Positions 49,696-62,995 of a stretch of 64,000 nt of DNA are shown here, one piece after another. The position numbers were made by a program, and so were the translations under genes. The notes below the pieces were generated by a model. The model did not search any database, had not been told where the DNA came from, and worked only from the letters and a program-made list of their open reading frames with translations. Origin of the DNA: Mobula hypostoma (Eukaryota); assembly GCF_963921235.1 (NCBI RefSeq), contig NC_086097.1, positions 120,344,001 to 120,408,000 of the forward strand, given 5' to 3'. Numbering within the stretch: the stretch's first letter is position 1; each line of letters starts with the position of its first letter.

Positions 49696-51384
49696 ATGAA
49701 GCTTTTCATTGATTCTATTTTGCTACTGTTAATGCCTGCAAGAAAATGAATCTTAGGGTAGTAAATGGTGGCATACATGTATTTTGATAATAAATATACT
49801 TTGAACTTTGAAGTTAATAGTTTAATATCAGCCAGAATATTCCTGGCACATTACTGAAATCAGACAAGAGCAGATAATCTCCAAAATCATGACCACTATA
49901 TCAACAGCTGAACAAATAGTCCAGCAACTGTTCTGTAAATGGGTCATAATCCTTTTATTAGGATATCATTCATGCACAATTTAATAGTGCAACCAGCTGT
50001 GTAAATTTTAGTCTGAATTAGGTTGGAATGTGTTTTCTTTTGAAAATTGGAATATTGGCATCACAGTGTCAATGTAATTTGTCTGCTCCTCAGTTGTACT
50101 TAATGTGTTTCTCAATGGAATTCTGTGCATCAGTAGATGATGCCATTTTCATGCATGCAGTTAGTCTTATTGTACTGCAAGTAGGCAAACCTAGTAAAAT
50201 CTAACCCTTTCTAATGCTCAATTTCTAATTAATATGAATCTCTGTAGTGTATCCATATATTTACCCAAATTGATTTTGTTCATCTGTGTGTTAGATGTGC
50301 ATTGATTTTATTGGATAGGAGTGTCATGCGGTGTGCCTGCCTTGTAACCATGCCAAAATGACAGCCTGATACAAGTACCCTATATGAGGAACCAAAAGAC
50401 GCAGTATTTAGATAGATTTATCGCTCTAACTTACAAAATAAGTATCTTTTTTCTTGATGTCTAAATGCAGTGCTTTAATGCATTACATTCTTCATAATAG
50501 ATTTGGTCCTGTTGTAATCTCTGCACAGGAAGCTACAAGAAACGTCACCACTCTGTGCTACAGTGGAACTTTAGCACCAAGTAATAAATCTGCAGCTCTG
50601 GTGTGTCAGTGTGAGAAGTAACAGGTGCAAAGCTGGATATGGAAGTTAGAAATGGACACAGATACATTGGCAGCAGGAACAAATGTAAATTCAGGGAATG
50701 GAAGATATTAAAAAGCAACATCAAAGTACACTGTAATTGCATACTTAAGTGTGGATAAACTAATAACATAGGTAGTTGTAAATGGGAAGGGTCTAATTGC
50801 CCAGGAATGAGAACTACCAAGAAGTCCCATAATCCAGCAATGTTGGGAGTTTGGTAGTTTTGGACTAGCTTATTTTCCAGACATTGGATGCTACTTCTAT
50901 TCATATTCAAACACATTTTTATTCCATTTTTGCTTGATACCCAACAGTATAATACATTTTCTAGTACCACCTGTGAGTCACAAGGTAGAGGGAAATATGT
51001 ACAAGCACACCAGACCCCTGCTTTCTGCTTTAACTGGCAAAACTGCTCGTGTTTCTGACTCTGGGTGCTCCATGCCCAAACCCAGCTCCAGCTGACACTC
51101 AGATCATAAACCAAACCTTAACCCTGGCCATGCAGTCCTTTTGCACCCTTGTCTCCAGTTCTGGACTAACAAGAAGACCATCATGATTTCAAGAAAATCA
51201 GAAGGTGACTTACAGAATTTCACTGTCAATATTCCAGGGCATTTAACACCTGGGAGGGGCAGTGCTATTAATAAGAAGCCACATGGGAGCAATACTTAAT
51301 CAAATCCTGTTTTGGCAGATTTGGATTATAGAACTAGAATTGCTGTGGGTAGGACATGAAGAAGCACCAGGGGACAGTGAACAT

Positions 51385-51605
51385 GGGGAGGCACAGTGAC
51401 GAGTGTAACACTAACACAGCACCAGCAGCCCAGATTCAGTTCCCACCACTGTTTGTCAGGAGTCTGCATGTTCACCCTCCAAATGCCCTGCTTTCCTCAA
51501 AAAATCCAAAGACATATGGGTTAGAAGATTAATGGTCACATGGGTGTATTTGGGCAGCACGGATCATTGGGACTGAAGTTCCTCCAACCACGCTGTCTTT
51601 CAAAG
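51385..51605 (+). mobile_element. Degraded V-SINE-like SINE
   Basis: tRNA-like head followed by tttcctc...tccaaagacatatgggttag and ggtcacatgggtgtatttgggcagc. Confidence 0.6.
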
Positions 51606-52049
51606 TGAATTTGAGGAAGTGTTTAAATGCCTCAAACTACAAAGTTATTGTGATTGAAGGTCTATTATTAATGTGGGAATTAGAAATGCATGTGTCACGG
51701 ATGATACAATCATTAGGGATAGGTTTAATCTATATATCTAGATGGAGAAAAATTAAATTAATATTAAATATATATCAAATAAGTTCCTGCTACACATACA
51801 GTATAGAATTCGGGATCTGAATCTGAATACTCTTGACCATCTCTTCTGATCTACCCAGGCCCTCCATCGTTCCAAGCCATCACACTCCAGTCCCCCAGTC
51901 TCTGCGTCTCTTTCTCTTCCTCCACTTACTCCATCTGTCCATCATGCACACACTCATTCCACTGGGTCCCATTACCCCACTCTTCCCATCTGCGCACACC
52001 ACCTTCCTAATTTGGTTCCTCTCAATTTTTCTGTCTTAACAGATTTCAT

Positions 52050-53348
52050 AGTCAGCAGCTCTTTGTTGCCTCCACCTATCGCCTCCCAGCATTTATCGCC
52101 ATCTTCAACGCTCCCTCTCTCATCTGACTCCACCTGCTAATCAACCACTCCTTTCCTGGATCCATTTGTCTCCATTGCACTGCTCTCAGGATGAGGATTT
52201 TCATTCTAGAATGAAGGAAATGTCCTCCCTTTTCAAAGAAACGGGCTTCCCTTCCTCCACCATCAACACTGCCCTCAACCGCATCTCCTCCATCTCTCAC
52301 TGCACTCCTACCCCATCCTCCCGCCACCCTACCAGGGATAGGATCCTATTTGTTCTCACCTACCACCCCACCAGCCTCCGCGTCCAGCATATAATTCTCC
52401 AAAACCTCCGCCACGTCCAACTAGATTCTACCACTAAACACATCTTGCCCTTCCCTCCACTTTATGCTTTCCACAGGGATTGCTCTGCATGTGACTCCCT
52501 TATCCGTTCATCCTCCCTCACTGATCTCCCTCCTGGTGCTTATCCTTGCAAACAGAACAGGTGCTACACCTGTCCCTATACCTCCTTGCCTCCCTCACTA
52601 CAATTCAGGGCTTCAATCAGTACTTCCAGGTGAGGCAACACTTCACATGTGAGACTGTTGGGGTCATACACTGTGTTCAGTGCTCCCAGTGTGGCCTCCT
52701 GTATATCAGTGAGACCCAACGTAGATTGGGAGACCACTTCACTGAGCATCTATGTTCTGTTCGCCAGAAAAAAATGAGATCTCCCGGTGGCCACCCATTT
52801 TAATTCCACTTCCCATTCCCATTCTGTTATGTCCACCCATGCCCTCCTCCACTGTCATGATAAGGCCAAACTTATGTTGGAAGAATACACCTTATATTCC
52901 ATTTGGGTAGTCTCCAACCTGATAGCATGAACATCAATTTCTCAAACTTCCAATAATGCCTCCCCCCACCTCGCCATTCAGCATTTCCCATCCCCTTTTC
53001 TCTCTCTCATATTAACTTCTTGCCTCTGCATCACCCCTCTGGTGCTTCTCCCCCACCCCCCCTTTTTTTCTTGCTTCTATGGTTTTCTGTCTCTTTCACC
53101 AATCAACATCCTAACTCTTTGCTTCTTCCATCCCCCTCCAAATTTCACCTATCGCCTGGCATTTCTCTCTCCCCTCCCCCCACCTTTCTAATCTACCCCT
53201 CAGTCTTTTTTCTCCAGACCTGCTGAGGATTTCGGCCCGAAGCATCGACTGTACTTTTTTCCATAGATACTGCCTGGCCTGGTGAGTTACTCCAGCAGTT
53301 TGTGTGTGTTGCTCGGATTTCCAGCATCTGCAGATTTTCTCTTGTTTG
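52050..53348 (+). mobile_element. Penelope-like element 3' part (RT C-terminus, GIY-YIG, pseudo-LTR)
   Basis: CSQDEDFHSRMKEMSSLFKETGFP and FTCETVGVIHCVQCSQCGLLYISETQRRLGDHFTEHL. Terminal 53215-53348 has a degenerate hammerhead and is homologous to the mini-insertions. Confidence 0.88.
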
Positions 53349-54344
53349 TGCTTCCACTTGTAAAGTACCAGTTTTTGCTGCACCACCCACTTACATTTCT
53401 GCCCTTTAATCTTTGAAAAGTCTCAACTGGAAACATTGTCGTTTTCCATCCACCACTTCTGCCTGACCTGCTGAATTCCTCCATCAGCTCAATTTTTGCT
53501 TCTAGATCATTTTGTAAAGGAACCAACTAGGAAACAGATTATTCAGATTCAGATTTATTTATCACAAGTACATTGAAACGTCCAGTGAAATGCGTCATTT
53601 ATGTTAGCAACCAGCGCATCCAAGGATCTGCTGGGGGCAGCCTGCAAGGTTCACATTCCAGCGCCAACATAGCATGCACATAATCCTCCACAGAACAACA
53701 CAAGCAGCAAAAATAAAACAAAACAAAAAAATCAGTGAAACAAAACCCTTTCCCTTCCCAGCCAATCTCCTATCTACTCACCCACCCATAAACACACCCA
53801 GTCAGGCTTCTAATCCCAAGGCAGACTCCCTCTGGGCATCCAGTCCTTGTGCCCAAATTCTCAGACTCATAGCCATCATGCCTCCACTTCAGATTTCATC
53901 CCAGGGTGCTGATCAGGAGTTTGACCTTTAGGCCTTGACTTCTGGACTCACATGGACTCCAATCCCAGTGACCAGGCCCTCATGACTCAGCATGTTTAGG
54001 ATAGACTTTGCAAAGATATCTCCACATGTCATGATCCAGCGAAATCTTGACAGTTTTAGATCTACTCTAGGTCCATAACTGTGCTACAAGACATGGCAAG
54101 TTGGCTGTGGTAGACTCAGAAACTACGTTGATGGAGATGACATTGGACAGGTAATGACTATCATTTAAAGAATGCAACATTATTTGCTCTATATTAATGT
54201 AAAGATGTATACATCAGTATAGTCCTTGAAGGTAACAAAACACAACAGGAAAAACATGTATTACAGGATAAAGACAGTACTACGTTCAAAGAAAAAAACA
54301 AATAAAGTTGTTTGAGAAAAAAATAGTAAATTTGGAAATTAGGA

Positions 54345-55200
54345 GTATTTATTCCCACTCTTGGCCTCCTGCATGTCAACTAATCTTCTATCCATGCTAG
54401 AATGTTTCCTGTAAAATCATTGGCTCTTATCTTGTCTAGCAGACTCATGTGCGGATCCTTGTCAAAGGCCTTCTGAAAATCCAAGGAAACAACATCCACT
54501 GTCTCTCTGTCTACCCTACCCATTATTTCCTCAAAGAATTCCATTCAATTTGTCAGGCAAAAGGAAATTATGCTCACTTTGGCTTATTTTATCATGTGTC
54601 TCCAAGTGCCTCAATACATCATCCTTAATCATAGATTTTACATCTTTCCAACCACTAAAGTCAGGCTAATGGCCTATAATTGCTTGTCTTTTGCCTCCCT
54701 CCTCTTCTTAAAGAATGGAGTAACATTTATGATTTTCCAATCCTCTGGATCCATTCCAGAATCTAGTGATTTATTGAAGGATCACTACTAATGCCTCCAC
54801 AATACCTTCAGCTACCTCTTTCAGAAACATGGGGTGCAGTCCATCTGGTCTAGGTGACGCTTCTATCTTCAGGCCTTACAGTTTCCCAAGCACCTGTTCC
54901 TTAGTAATAGCAACTACACTCACTTCTTCCCCCCAACACTCTCAAATTTCTGGCATAGTGCTGGTGTCTTCCACAAAATACTTACTAAGTTTGTCTGCTA
55001 TTTCTTTGTTCCCCATTACTCATGTCATTTTCCAGTCTTACCTCTCATTTACCCCTTATATACCTGAAAAATCTTTTAGTATCTTCCTTTATATTATTGG
55101 CTAGCTTACTTTTAGATATCATCTTTTCGCTCCTTATTGCATTTTTAGTTTCCTTTTGTTGTATTTTAAAAGCTTCCCGCTATTTTTTGCTATCCTTATA
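54345..55200 (-). mobile_element. Degraded CR1 ORF2 fragment
   Basis: Minus strand ttggattttcagaaggcctttgacaag translates to LDFQKAFDK. The region is colinear with about 26400-27280. Confidence 0.8.
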
Positions 55201-55691
55201 TGTTGTCAGAAAGTGAGGACATATAATAAAAGAGATTTAAGAACAAATTTCTGTTTTTTTTATGAAAGAAGACGGGATACTAGTGGAGGTACATAAGTAA
55301 AATGTCACATGGATGATAGAAGAATGGGGGTGTATGTGAAAGGAAAGAGTTGGATTGATTTTAGAGTGGTTGAAAAAGCTAGCACAACATCATAAGCCAA
55401 AGGACCAGTTCTGTGCTCTATGTTTGAAAACCAGAATTAAGTATTAAGTAAATTGGGTAAGCTTGAAAACTGACAATTCCTAAGAACCAGAAACTCTACA
55501 TCTCAGCAGGTGATAGTGAGTGCTCTGGATATCATTGTACAAACTTTAACAGCTTCTGGAATGGCTTCAGCCAATGGAAGGTTAGTAAATGTAAATTGGT
55601 TACAGCAAAGTTTAATGCTATTTTAGAGTTTGACATAATATAGTAATATTTGTTGCTACCACCAGATGTCTTTGCTAGGAATGCATTCCAC

Positions 55692-56008
55692 GATATGGTA
55701 GCATAGCAGTTAGTGCAAATTCTTTGCAGTAGCAGCGATCGGAAGATTGATACACCACTGCCTGTAATGAGTTTATAGTCTCTCCCGTGACCATGTGCAT
55801 TTTCTCCCTGTGCTACAGTTTCCTCCCACATTCTAAAATATACAGTTAAAGTTAGTGAGTTTTGGACATGCTGTGTTGGCACCAGAATCATGACGACAAT
55901 AGCCCCAGCACAATCTGCGCATTGTGTTGGTTGCTGATGCAAAACAACCCATCTCACTGTATGCCTTCATGCTTTTATATAAATGTGACAAATAAAGCCA
56001 ATCTTATT
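55692..56008 (+). mobile_element. V-SINE-like SINE
   Basis: ggtagcatagcagttag head, gtttcctcccacattctaaa core and gtgacaaataaagccaatct tail. Confidence 0.7.
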
Positions 56009-56689
56009 ATCACCACTATCCACGCCCTTCACCCCTACATTAGCATCCTTTATGAATAATCTTGCTGATATTATGATGAAACTGTATTATTCCTTTGTTT
56101 TAAGTAGGATGGATTAAAAAGTTATTTAAAATATTTATCCACTTGTGAGAAAATTCATTTATAGGCATAAATTATGCACTGGCTTGAATCAGTTGTTTAG
56201 GAAGCGGAGATCTGTATATTATGCCTGGAAGCACACATTATTGTACAACACCATGGACGGGCAGGGACCATAAAGAGCCATTATAATGTAATTAGGCTTC
56301 TAATTGGAGTAACAGTGCTTTAGTTCCTTCCTTCACCAAATGTGTCTTGGTGATCCTCTAGTGTGAAAATTTCAAATCTTAAACTGAATTTATTCAATAA
56401 AAGTCAAATTACTATACTAAAGAAAGAGCATTATGGATCACTTTACCAGAAAAATTTAAAGGAAGGATGCTTCTAGAGTACAGTTATTAAACACTTCCGC
56501 CATGCCCCTTCTAAATTAACAAGGTCAAGACTTAGATAGGGAGTAGAGAGAATTCTGAACTGACATTGAATGGTAAAACTCCACCATGAACGGTCCCAAG
56601 CGCAGTTGCTAGCAACCCCACCCATAAGAAACCCAGATCTACAGAAATGGCAAGGCAACAGAATCTCCAAAGACCTCATCCCTGGGAGA

Positions 56690-56818
56690 GGAAGGATACA
56701 TCAAGAAGATGGGCTAAACTTGGGTCCAAGATGAGAGACTGGCTCAGGACAGAGGTCTCTGGAGAACTGCAGTTGGCGGCCTCTGCCCCAGTAGGGGTAA
56801 TTGGCTAAAGAAGAAGAA
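56690..56818 (+). mobile_element. RTE LINE 3' tail
   Basis: gctcaggacagaggtctctggaga (AQDRGLWR, RTE-like C-terminus) followed by a (GAA)n tail. Confidence 0.65.
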
Positions 56819-56967
56819 TAACGGATGCTAGGGTGGGAGAAGGATGAGTAGGGAATGGTAAGGAAGAAACCATTGAAAGACTACAGGTGTAGGAAGTAAA
56901 TGGATCTTAACCTGTAAGACTAATCTCTACACAAAATATAAAGCTGGAGAAGAATTGATTACTATTG

Positions 56968-57370
56968 GTCATCATCATCATCATCATAATGTGCCATCTT
57001 TTCATATGATATGGGCAATCATGGTCTATGACCACAATTATTCTTGGCAATTTTTTCTACAGAAGTGCTTTGCCATTGCCTTTTTCTGGGCAGTGTCTTT
57101 ACAAGGCAGGTGACCCCGGCCATTATCAACACTCTTCAGAAAATGCCCGCCTGGTATCAGTCGTCGCTTAACCAAGACTTGTGATATGCATCAGCTGCCC
57201 AAACAACAATCCGTCACCTGTTCCAAAGGTTTCCCATGAGCGTGATCCAGTGGGGGGGGGGGGGTGCTGAACAGGTGCTACACCTTACCCATGGCTGACC
57301 TGCAGGCCAGTGGAGGGAAGGAGGGCTTTACACCTCCTTTGGTAGAGACGTATCTCCACCCCACCACCCA
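56968..57370 (-). mobile_element. Unclassified non-autonomous retroposon with (GAT)n tail
   Basis: (cat)n run at the left end and a GC-rich structured minus-strand head gggtggtggggtggagatacgtctctacc. Confidence 0.5.
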
Positions 57371-57675
57371 CTAGTGGTACTACCACTATAAAAATGTTCC
57401 TGATCATTTTATTTTCAAAAAAACTAAGTTTCAGCAATTCCTGCCAATGATTCTGATACGTGGAGCAGATGAATTCAGAGTAAATTTCCAAATGAAGTAC
57501 TTGATTCAGCATTCATGCTGAAATTATTCAAAGAAATATTTGATGGATTGTCCCCACTTCATTAATTATGTTTGCATCTTTTTACATCACATGCTGTTAC
57601 ATCACATGTTTATCTGTTTTCTTTTCAATGTCTCTCTTTTAGGACCTTATTATTTTCATGATGTACCTTTACTTT

Positions 57676-57985
57676 GTGGGCACGTGGCCAAGTGGATAAG
57701 GCATTCCACCAGCGATCTGAAGGTCGTGAGTTCGAGCCCCAGCCGAGGCAGCGTGTTGTGTCCTTTAGCAAGGCACTTAATCACACAGTGCTCTGCGACG
57801 ACACTGGTGCCAAGCTGTATGGGTCCTAATGTCCTTCCCTTGGACAACATCGGTGTCGTGGAGAGGGGAGATTTGAGGCATGGGCAACTGCCGGTCTTCC
57901 ATACAACCTTGCCCAGGCCTGCGCCCTGGAGAGTAAAGACTTTCCAGGCGCAGATCCATGGTCTCGCAAGACTAACGGATGCCTT
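57676..57985 (+). mobile_element. tRNA-derived SINE
   Basis: A box TGGCCAAGTGG, B box GAGTTCGAGCC, core gtgttgtgtcctttagcaaggcacttaa. 12-bp TSD TACCTTTACTTT (57664-57675 and 57986-57997). Confidence 0.9.
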
Positions 57986-58609
57986 TACCTTTACTTTATT
58001 TCTGAAGACTCAACTTTTAAGTAGTCGCATGCTAGGTAATTTTCAGATGTGCTCTACCAAGTTCTTGGCTGAGAAAAGAACCTTTTACTAATTTTAAATC
58101 AAGGATTGGGCACAGTGATCTTGGTTCCTAGGCTTCCTTAATGGAAATCCTAATTGGAATAACATATTTTCTCCACATATCTGGGAGTATTTCCAATATT
58201 CCTATTTCTATATCATGTTTGACCACTCAGAAATGTATTCTTGTTGAGCGAGAAGAAAGGTTTGTTGAACAGAATACAATAGGCATTAACTATATGGACG
58301 TCAGAAGCATTTGACTGTCCCAGAGTAAAGGTCTGTTTTAATCTAGGGAGTATAGCTCTCCATAGCAGCATGTAAGATGTATTGATAGGAAAATGGGTCA
58401 TAAGAGACTGGAAGTTTGAATACACAGATGTTCCCTTAAAATCTCTCAGATGCTTATTTTTGAAAATTTATTGAAGACTTCCATATGAGCATGAGGAACA
58501 ATATTTCAAAATTCATGAGTGACATGAAATTTGGAGGTGTTGTGTAAAGTGAGGAGGATAGATTCAGAATTAGAATCAGGTTTATTTTCACTCACATACA
58601 GTACTGTGC

Positions 58610-59673
58610 TGTTGTAAAAAAAATCCTTCTACTTATAACGATGATTAGTGAGGCACAGAGAGATCTTTATTTACTGACAAGTACTTCTATTGTTTAAACT
58701 ATTAAGTATGTGGATTCATACACTAAATACCTTGTTTGCACACTCACTAGGAATCCCTGACTCTTCTGAATAGTCAAAGAATAGGAAAGGTATTATCCGG
58801 GCAAAGGAGTTTATGCTAGCCTGGTGTTCCTCGTTATCCCAATTCACTCGCTATATGTTTCACACAGGGTTGCTTTTGCTTGTATCTGCAATGGATAGTC
58901 TCCAAACTTACCGCTGCCAGCACACACAAGGCATCCACCTTTATATCCATTCCTTATCAATTCAAATATGACATTCCAGTGTCATTGGCCACAGGTCATG
59001 TGTCTGTCCTTTAACACCTTGTTATTGGCTCTGCTCCAAGCCAGCATCAATTTATTGCCCTCTTCCCAAAAAGTGAGCCAGCTGGTGGCGTAGTGGCATC
59101 AACGCCAGACTTTGGAGTGAAGGCTCCCTAGTTCGAATCCAGCCGGCTCCCTTGCATGCTTTCCATCCATGCTGGGATGAGCGTCAAGCTAGCAACTCGG
59201 GCTCATAAAAATAAGAAAGCCTACTAAAAAAATGCCACCATGACGCTGTACTGATTACTCCACTCAGAGTTAAGGGCTTTCTTCTTCTTCTTCTTCCCAC
59301 CAGTGACAGTCGATAATTTATGGCTCCTTGTTCTCAATCAGCAATGAGCTCGAATCACTTCAGGCAGGCATCAACCCCAAAATTCATAAACTTTCATGTT
59401 ATAGCCATCCAAAGAACATCTCACAAATAACTTCTTATTTGGAAATGATCTCCAGTCTAGCAGTTTGCCTGAAGAATCATTGTGTCTTCTTTAAAACATT
59501 GATCAAGCCCAGCATGTCAAGCTCACAAAATGGAGAATAGAGTCTCCTTACAAAATGGCAGCCTCCATCCCCAAGCATGCAGTAAGAACAAAGACAATTA
59601 GTCTGTCTATTTCCACTGTTCTTGATTCATTTGAAATCACTGATTTGTAGATTGTCATTCTTTCTGGCCAACA
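58610..59673. mobile_element. Solo LTR inserted in the left TIR
   Basis: TGTTG...CAACA ends and a 4-bp TSD GTGC/ATGC (one mismatch). The TIR resumes as aaaagcctcaggc. Confidence 0.7.
59069..59291 (+). mobile_element. tRNA-derived SINE with (CTT)n tail inside the solo LTR
   Basis: A box TGGCGTAGTGG, B box AGTTCGAATCC. 8-bp TSD TCTTCCCA (59061-59068 and 59292-59299). Confidence 0.85.
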
Positions 59674-61761
59674 ATGCAAAAGCCTCAGGCTAGAGTGTCT
59701 CGGACTTTTGCATAGAACCATTGTAATTTTATGTATTGCACTGTCCTGTTGCCAGAAAAAAAATTAACAAATTTCATGGCATATGTGAGTGATGATAAAC
59801 CTGATTCTAATATGGGTCTCTATTGTGGACTGAGAGTGGGAAGAGGGCAGGGAGGTGGGAATTATGGTTGGGAAAAGGGGGAAGGGAATGGGAAGCACTA
59901 GAGAGACATTCTGTAATTATCAGTAAACCAAATGTTTGGGATGAAATAACCTTACCTGGTGTCTCAGGGCTGGGTGTTTCTGCACCCATGCTACTTTGCC
60001 CCAGGCACTTCTCTGCCACCTGTACCACACCCCACCCACGGTGCTCCACCCTCGCCATTCCCAACGTCCTTTGCTCCTGCCATATTTACAAACTCACTCT
60101 CTGTTCAACGTTGACAAAAACAGTAACGTGCAGAAGTCTTAGGCACCCTAGCTCTATATTTGTGCCTAAGTCTTTTGCACAGTACTCTATGCAATGAAAT
60201 TTCCTGTTCTGCATCAGCACCACAGTGCACAATACATAAAATATATATAATAAAATAAAGTAGTGCAGCAAACTCCATGAGAATGTAGATAAACTAGGCT
60301 AAAGATTACACAAATGACAGGTGTAATTTTAACACAGAAGTATGAAGTGAAAGAAAAATACACTAATATAATTGCGAAATACGAACAGGAACAGAAGGAC
60401 TAGAGGATATTTGTGCATATATCCCAAATACGCCTGGCATGTTAAAAGAGCAATTTGTAAAGCAAATGAGATCCTGGCTTCATAAATAAAGGTTTAGGAT
60501 TCATGGAGTTTATGTTGAACCATTACAAAACACTGGTAAGGGTGCAAATAGAACATCACATCCAAGTCTTGTCAGTACAATGTAGGAAAATATTGAAGAC
60601 CCTAGATACGGTGTTGCAGAGCTGTCTGAGTGAAGGTTTAACCAAGATTACCATGAGATCGCGTGAGCTACATGAAGAGATGCTTTCCCTTTCAGAGGAT
60701 GATTCAAGATACAGACACACTCAGTGCAAAAGATACTGTGGAAATATGAGGAGAAGTTTTGTTATGTTGGAAGTAGCAATGATCTAGGACTCACTACAGA
60801 AACAAGTATGGATACAGAATCAATAAGAGATTTCAAAAGGAATTTCAATAAGTATGAAAAAACTGCAGGTAGAAGGGAAATACTGTAGGTGGGAGACACA
60901 ATGGATTGCGATTCTCTAAAAGGATATGTTTCAAAAAATGATTTCTATGTAAGGCGTAATGATTTCATAATTTTATTATAGAGTAGAATGGTGGGTGACT
61001 GGTTAGAAGAGCTGTGGAAGGGTTGAGATTTGAACTAACAAATTTCTTCCTTCCCCAACCCCTCACTCCCACGGATGCAGCTCAACCTGATATGTTTCTG
61101 CGCTGGCTTGATTTTTTTCTACAGATTCAGCACCTACAGATCCTTGTGTCTCAATTTAAACACAAGGTACTGTTGTCATGATGGGGTAGGAAGCAGAATA
61201 TACACATCATGAGCCATCTTAACTGGAGTCGTTAGGCCCTTCTGCTTTCTGTTTAATTTTATCGAGTTTATTTTGACTGGCACTGGTTTTCAGCCTAAAG
61301 TGATTACTTACAGCGGACCCCCAATTAGTGCTAGCTCTGGGGTTCTTGTATGTTTCGACAATGATTCAGCTCACAGTGTTGCTTGGTCAAGCCACCAATG
61401 TTCAACTGGAGTTGCTATGAATAAACTTTTGTTCTTGTCTCAACATGGGAGTCTGCCATTCCTCAGAATCTGGGTTCAGCCATTTATTTATCAGCATACA
61501 CCATGATAGTATCATCTAAAAAGAATGGAAAGAATTAGTCAGACTGACAGAGGGTACATGGAGCAGGCAGGAAAATGGGGTTGAAAGGGATAGTAAATCA
61601 ACCATGATGAAATGGTGGAGCAAATGTGATGGGCTGAATGGCCTAATTGTGCTCATATGTCCTACACTGGATATCAAGCAACTAAGCATGAACTAGAAAC
61701 AATAAAGGGAATGTGGTACTGAGGTAAAGATGGACGTCAGCACCATGTAGGAGGGACCAAA

Positions 61762-61859
61762 GTAACACACGGAAACCACTAGAGGAACTCCGCAGGTCAG
61801 GCATCATCTATAGAGAGGAACAAAGTCAATGTTTTGAGCCGAGACCCTCCATCAGGACT
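61762..61859 (-). mobile_element. Older isolated Penelope pseudo-LTR copy
   Basis: gtaacacac...gtcaatgttttgagccgagaccctccatcaggact covers about the same span as 39220-39317. No TSD visible. Confidence 0.7.
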
Positions 61860-62539
61860 TGTTTACATGTGAGGAACCCATGCTGTTTTCTCAAAGAGAG
61901 GTACATGTAGCTGAAAATAAGAGGAGATCCTTGGGAGAAAGCCAGAAATGTGAGCATTTATCTTGCTATAAGTTTGTGGTATCACGGTGTGCTCTCAGAG
62001 GACTGGACTCAGATGTGGAGGAACTGCAGGCTTTCTCTGTCACAGAAGTTGCTGGCACCGACTCAAGCCAGGAGCTGCAGACGGCAGGCTCACGACTCAA
62101 CCCAGGGGAGGAATGGCAGGATCCCCAGGAGGAGACCAAAATAAGAGGTTAGACATAAGACTACCCACAGAGACTTGGAGGAACTACTGAACAATCCCAC
62201 AAAACAATTCATTCCCTCCAATACAATGACTCTGCTAAGGCACTAACTGAGAGTCCTCTTCAAATAATGATAGAATCCCGGAAACACTTGCCAGGGACAA
62301 TTAGCTTGACAAGATTAAACTGAACACCCAAGGGCCTCAGTGGCTCTAGTTAAGATAATGATTAGTAAATACAGGTGCTCAAGAACCCTTGAAGCTCAAT
62401 GCTCTGCAGCAAGCTGGGCTCAAGTCATGTGTAGCAATGCAATTCTCATCCATGGTTTTTCCCCTCTGGACAACACCAACACATATCAGACTTGTCTCCT
62501 GCTAATTAATTTCTGTAATATTGAAGTTTTCTAATTCTT

Positions 62540-62995
62540 TGCTGTTCTTGTGCTATCTTGAATAAGGTTGTGATTCAACCATCATCCCTTTCCTTGCTGA
62601 TAATTGGTTCCCTGTTCAGCATCACGTTGATATTAAGTTCCCATTTTTTATTGCAGTCTTGCCACTGTCACTCTGTAGTCACCACCAATCCTCAGACATA
62701 TCTGCGGACACAATTCTCATCTGTTAGCACCCCAAAAAAAATATTTACAACAGTGCCGTAGCTGCATGAGGTTTCAGCCTCTAGTAATCCCTCCCGAGGT
62801 CATTATGCTTCATTACATTTCTTTATCCCTTTAAGATCCTCCATAGAGCTACCACTTAAACCATGCCTTTGACCATCTACTCTAGCTTTTATTTAGGTTG
62901 CTGAGCACCAATGTTTAATTGATAATGCTCCAATGGAGAGCCTTGAGCAGTTTGGCTGCACTGAAAGACATTATATAAATGGAAACTGTTGTTAT
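62540..62995 (+). mobile_element. Ancient L2-like 3' end
   Basis: Ends gagccttgag...gacattatataaatggaaactgttgtt, resembling the L2-type tail GCGCTATATAAATGCAAGTTGTTGTT. Confidence 0.5.

Larger units (their letters stand above)
58599..60188. mobile_element. Non-autonomous Tc1-ended composite element inserted at TA in a Rex1-type tail
   Basis: Ends CAGTACTGTGC... and ...GCACAGTACTC with TA on both sides. The host rejoins as ctcacaTAtgcaatgaaattt. Confidence 0.75.
58495..60950 (+). mobile_element. Very old CR1 3' fragment split by a nested cluster (58495-58560 and about 60260-60950)
   Basis: atgaaatttggaggtgttgtg (K.GGVV-like) on the left. LNHYKTLVRVQIEHHIQ (60503-60787) on the right. Confidence 0.6.

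Noticed and set aside
50545..51114. 189-aa minus-strand ORF in non-repeat sequence
   Set aside because: Non-ATG start, no recognisable motif and no convincing splice sites, so it is probably a chance ORF.
57676..57748. tRNA-like sequences here and at about 22190-22261 and 59075-59147
   Set aside because: They are SINE heads: each continues into a SINE body and tail and is bounded by a TSD.
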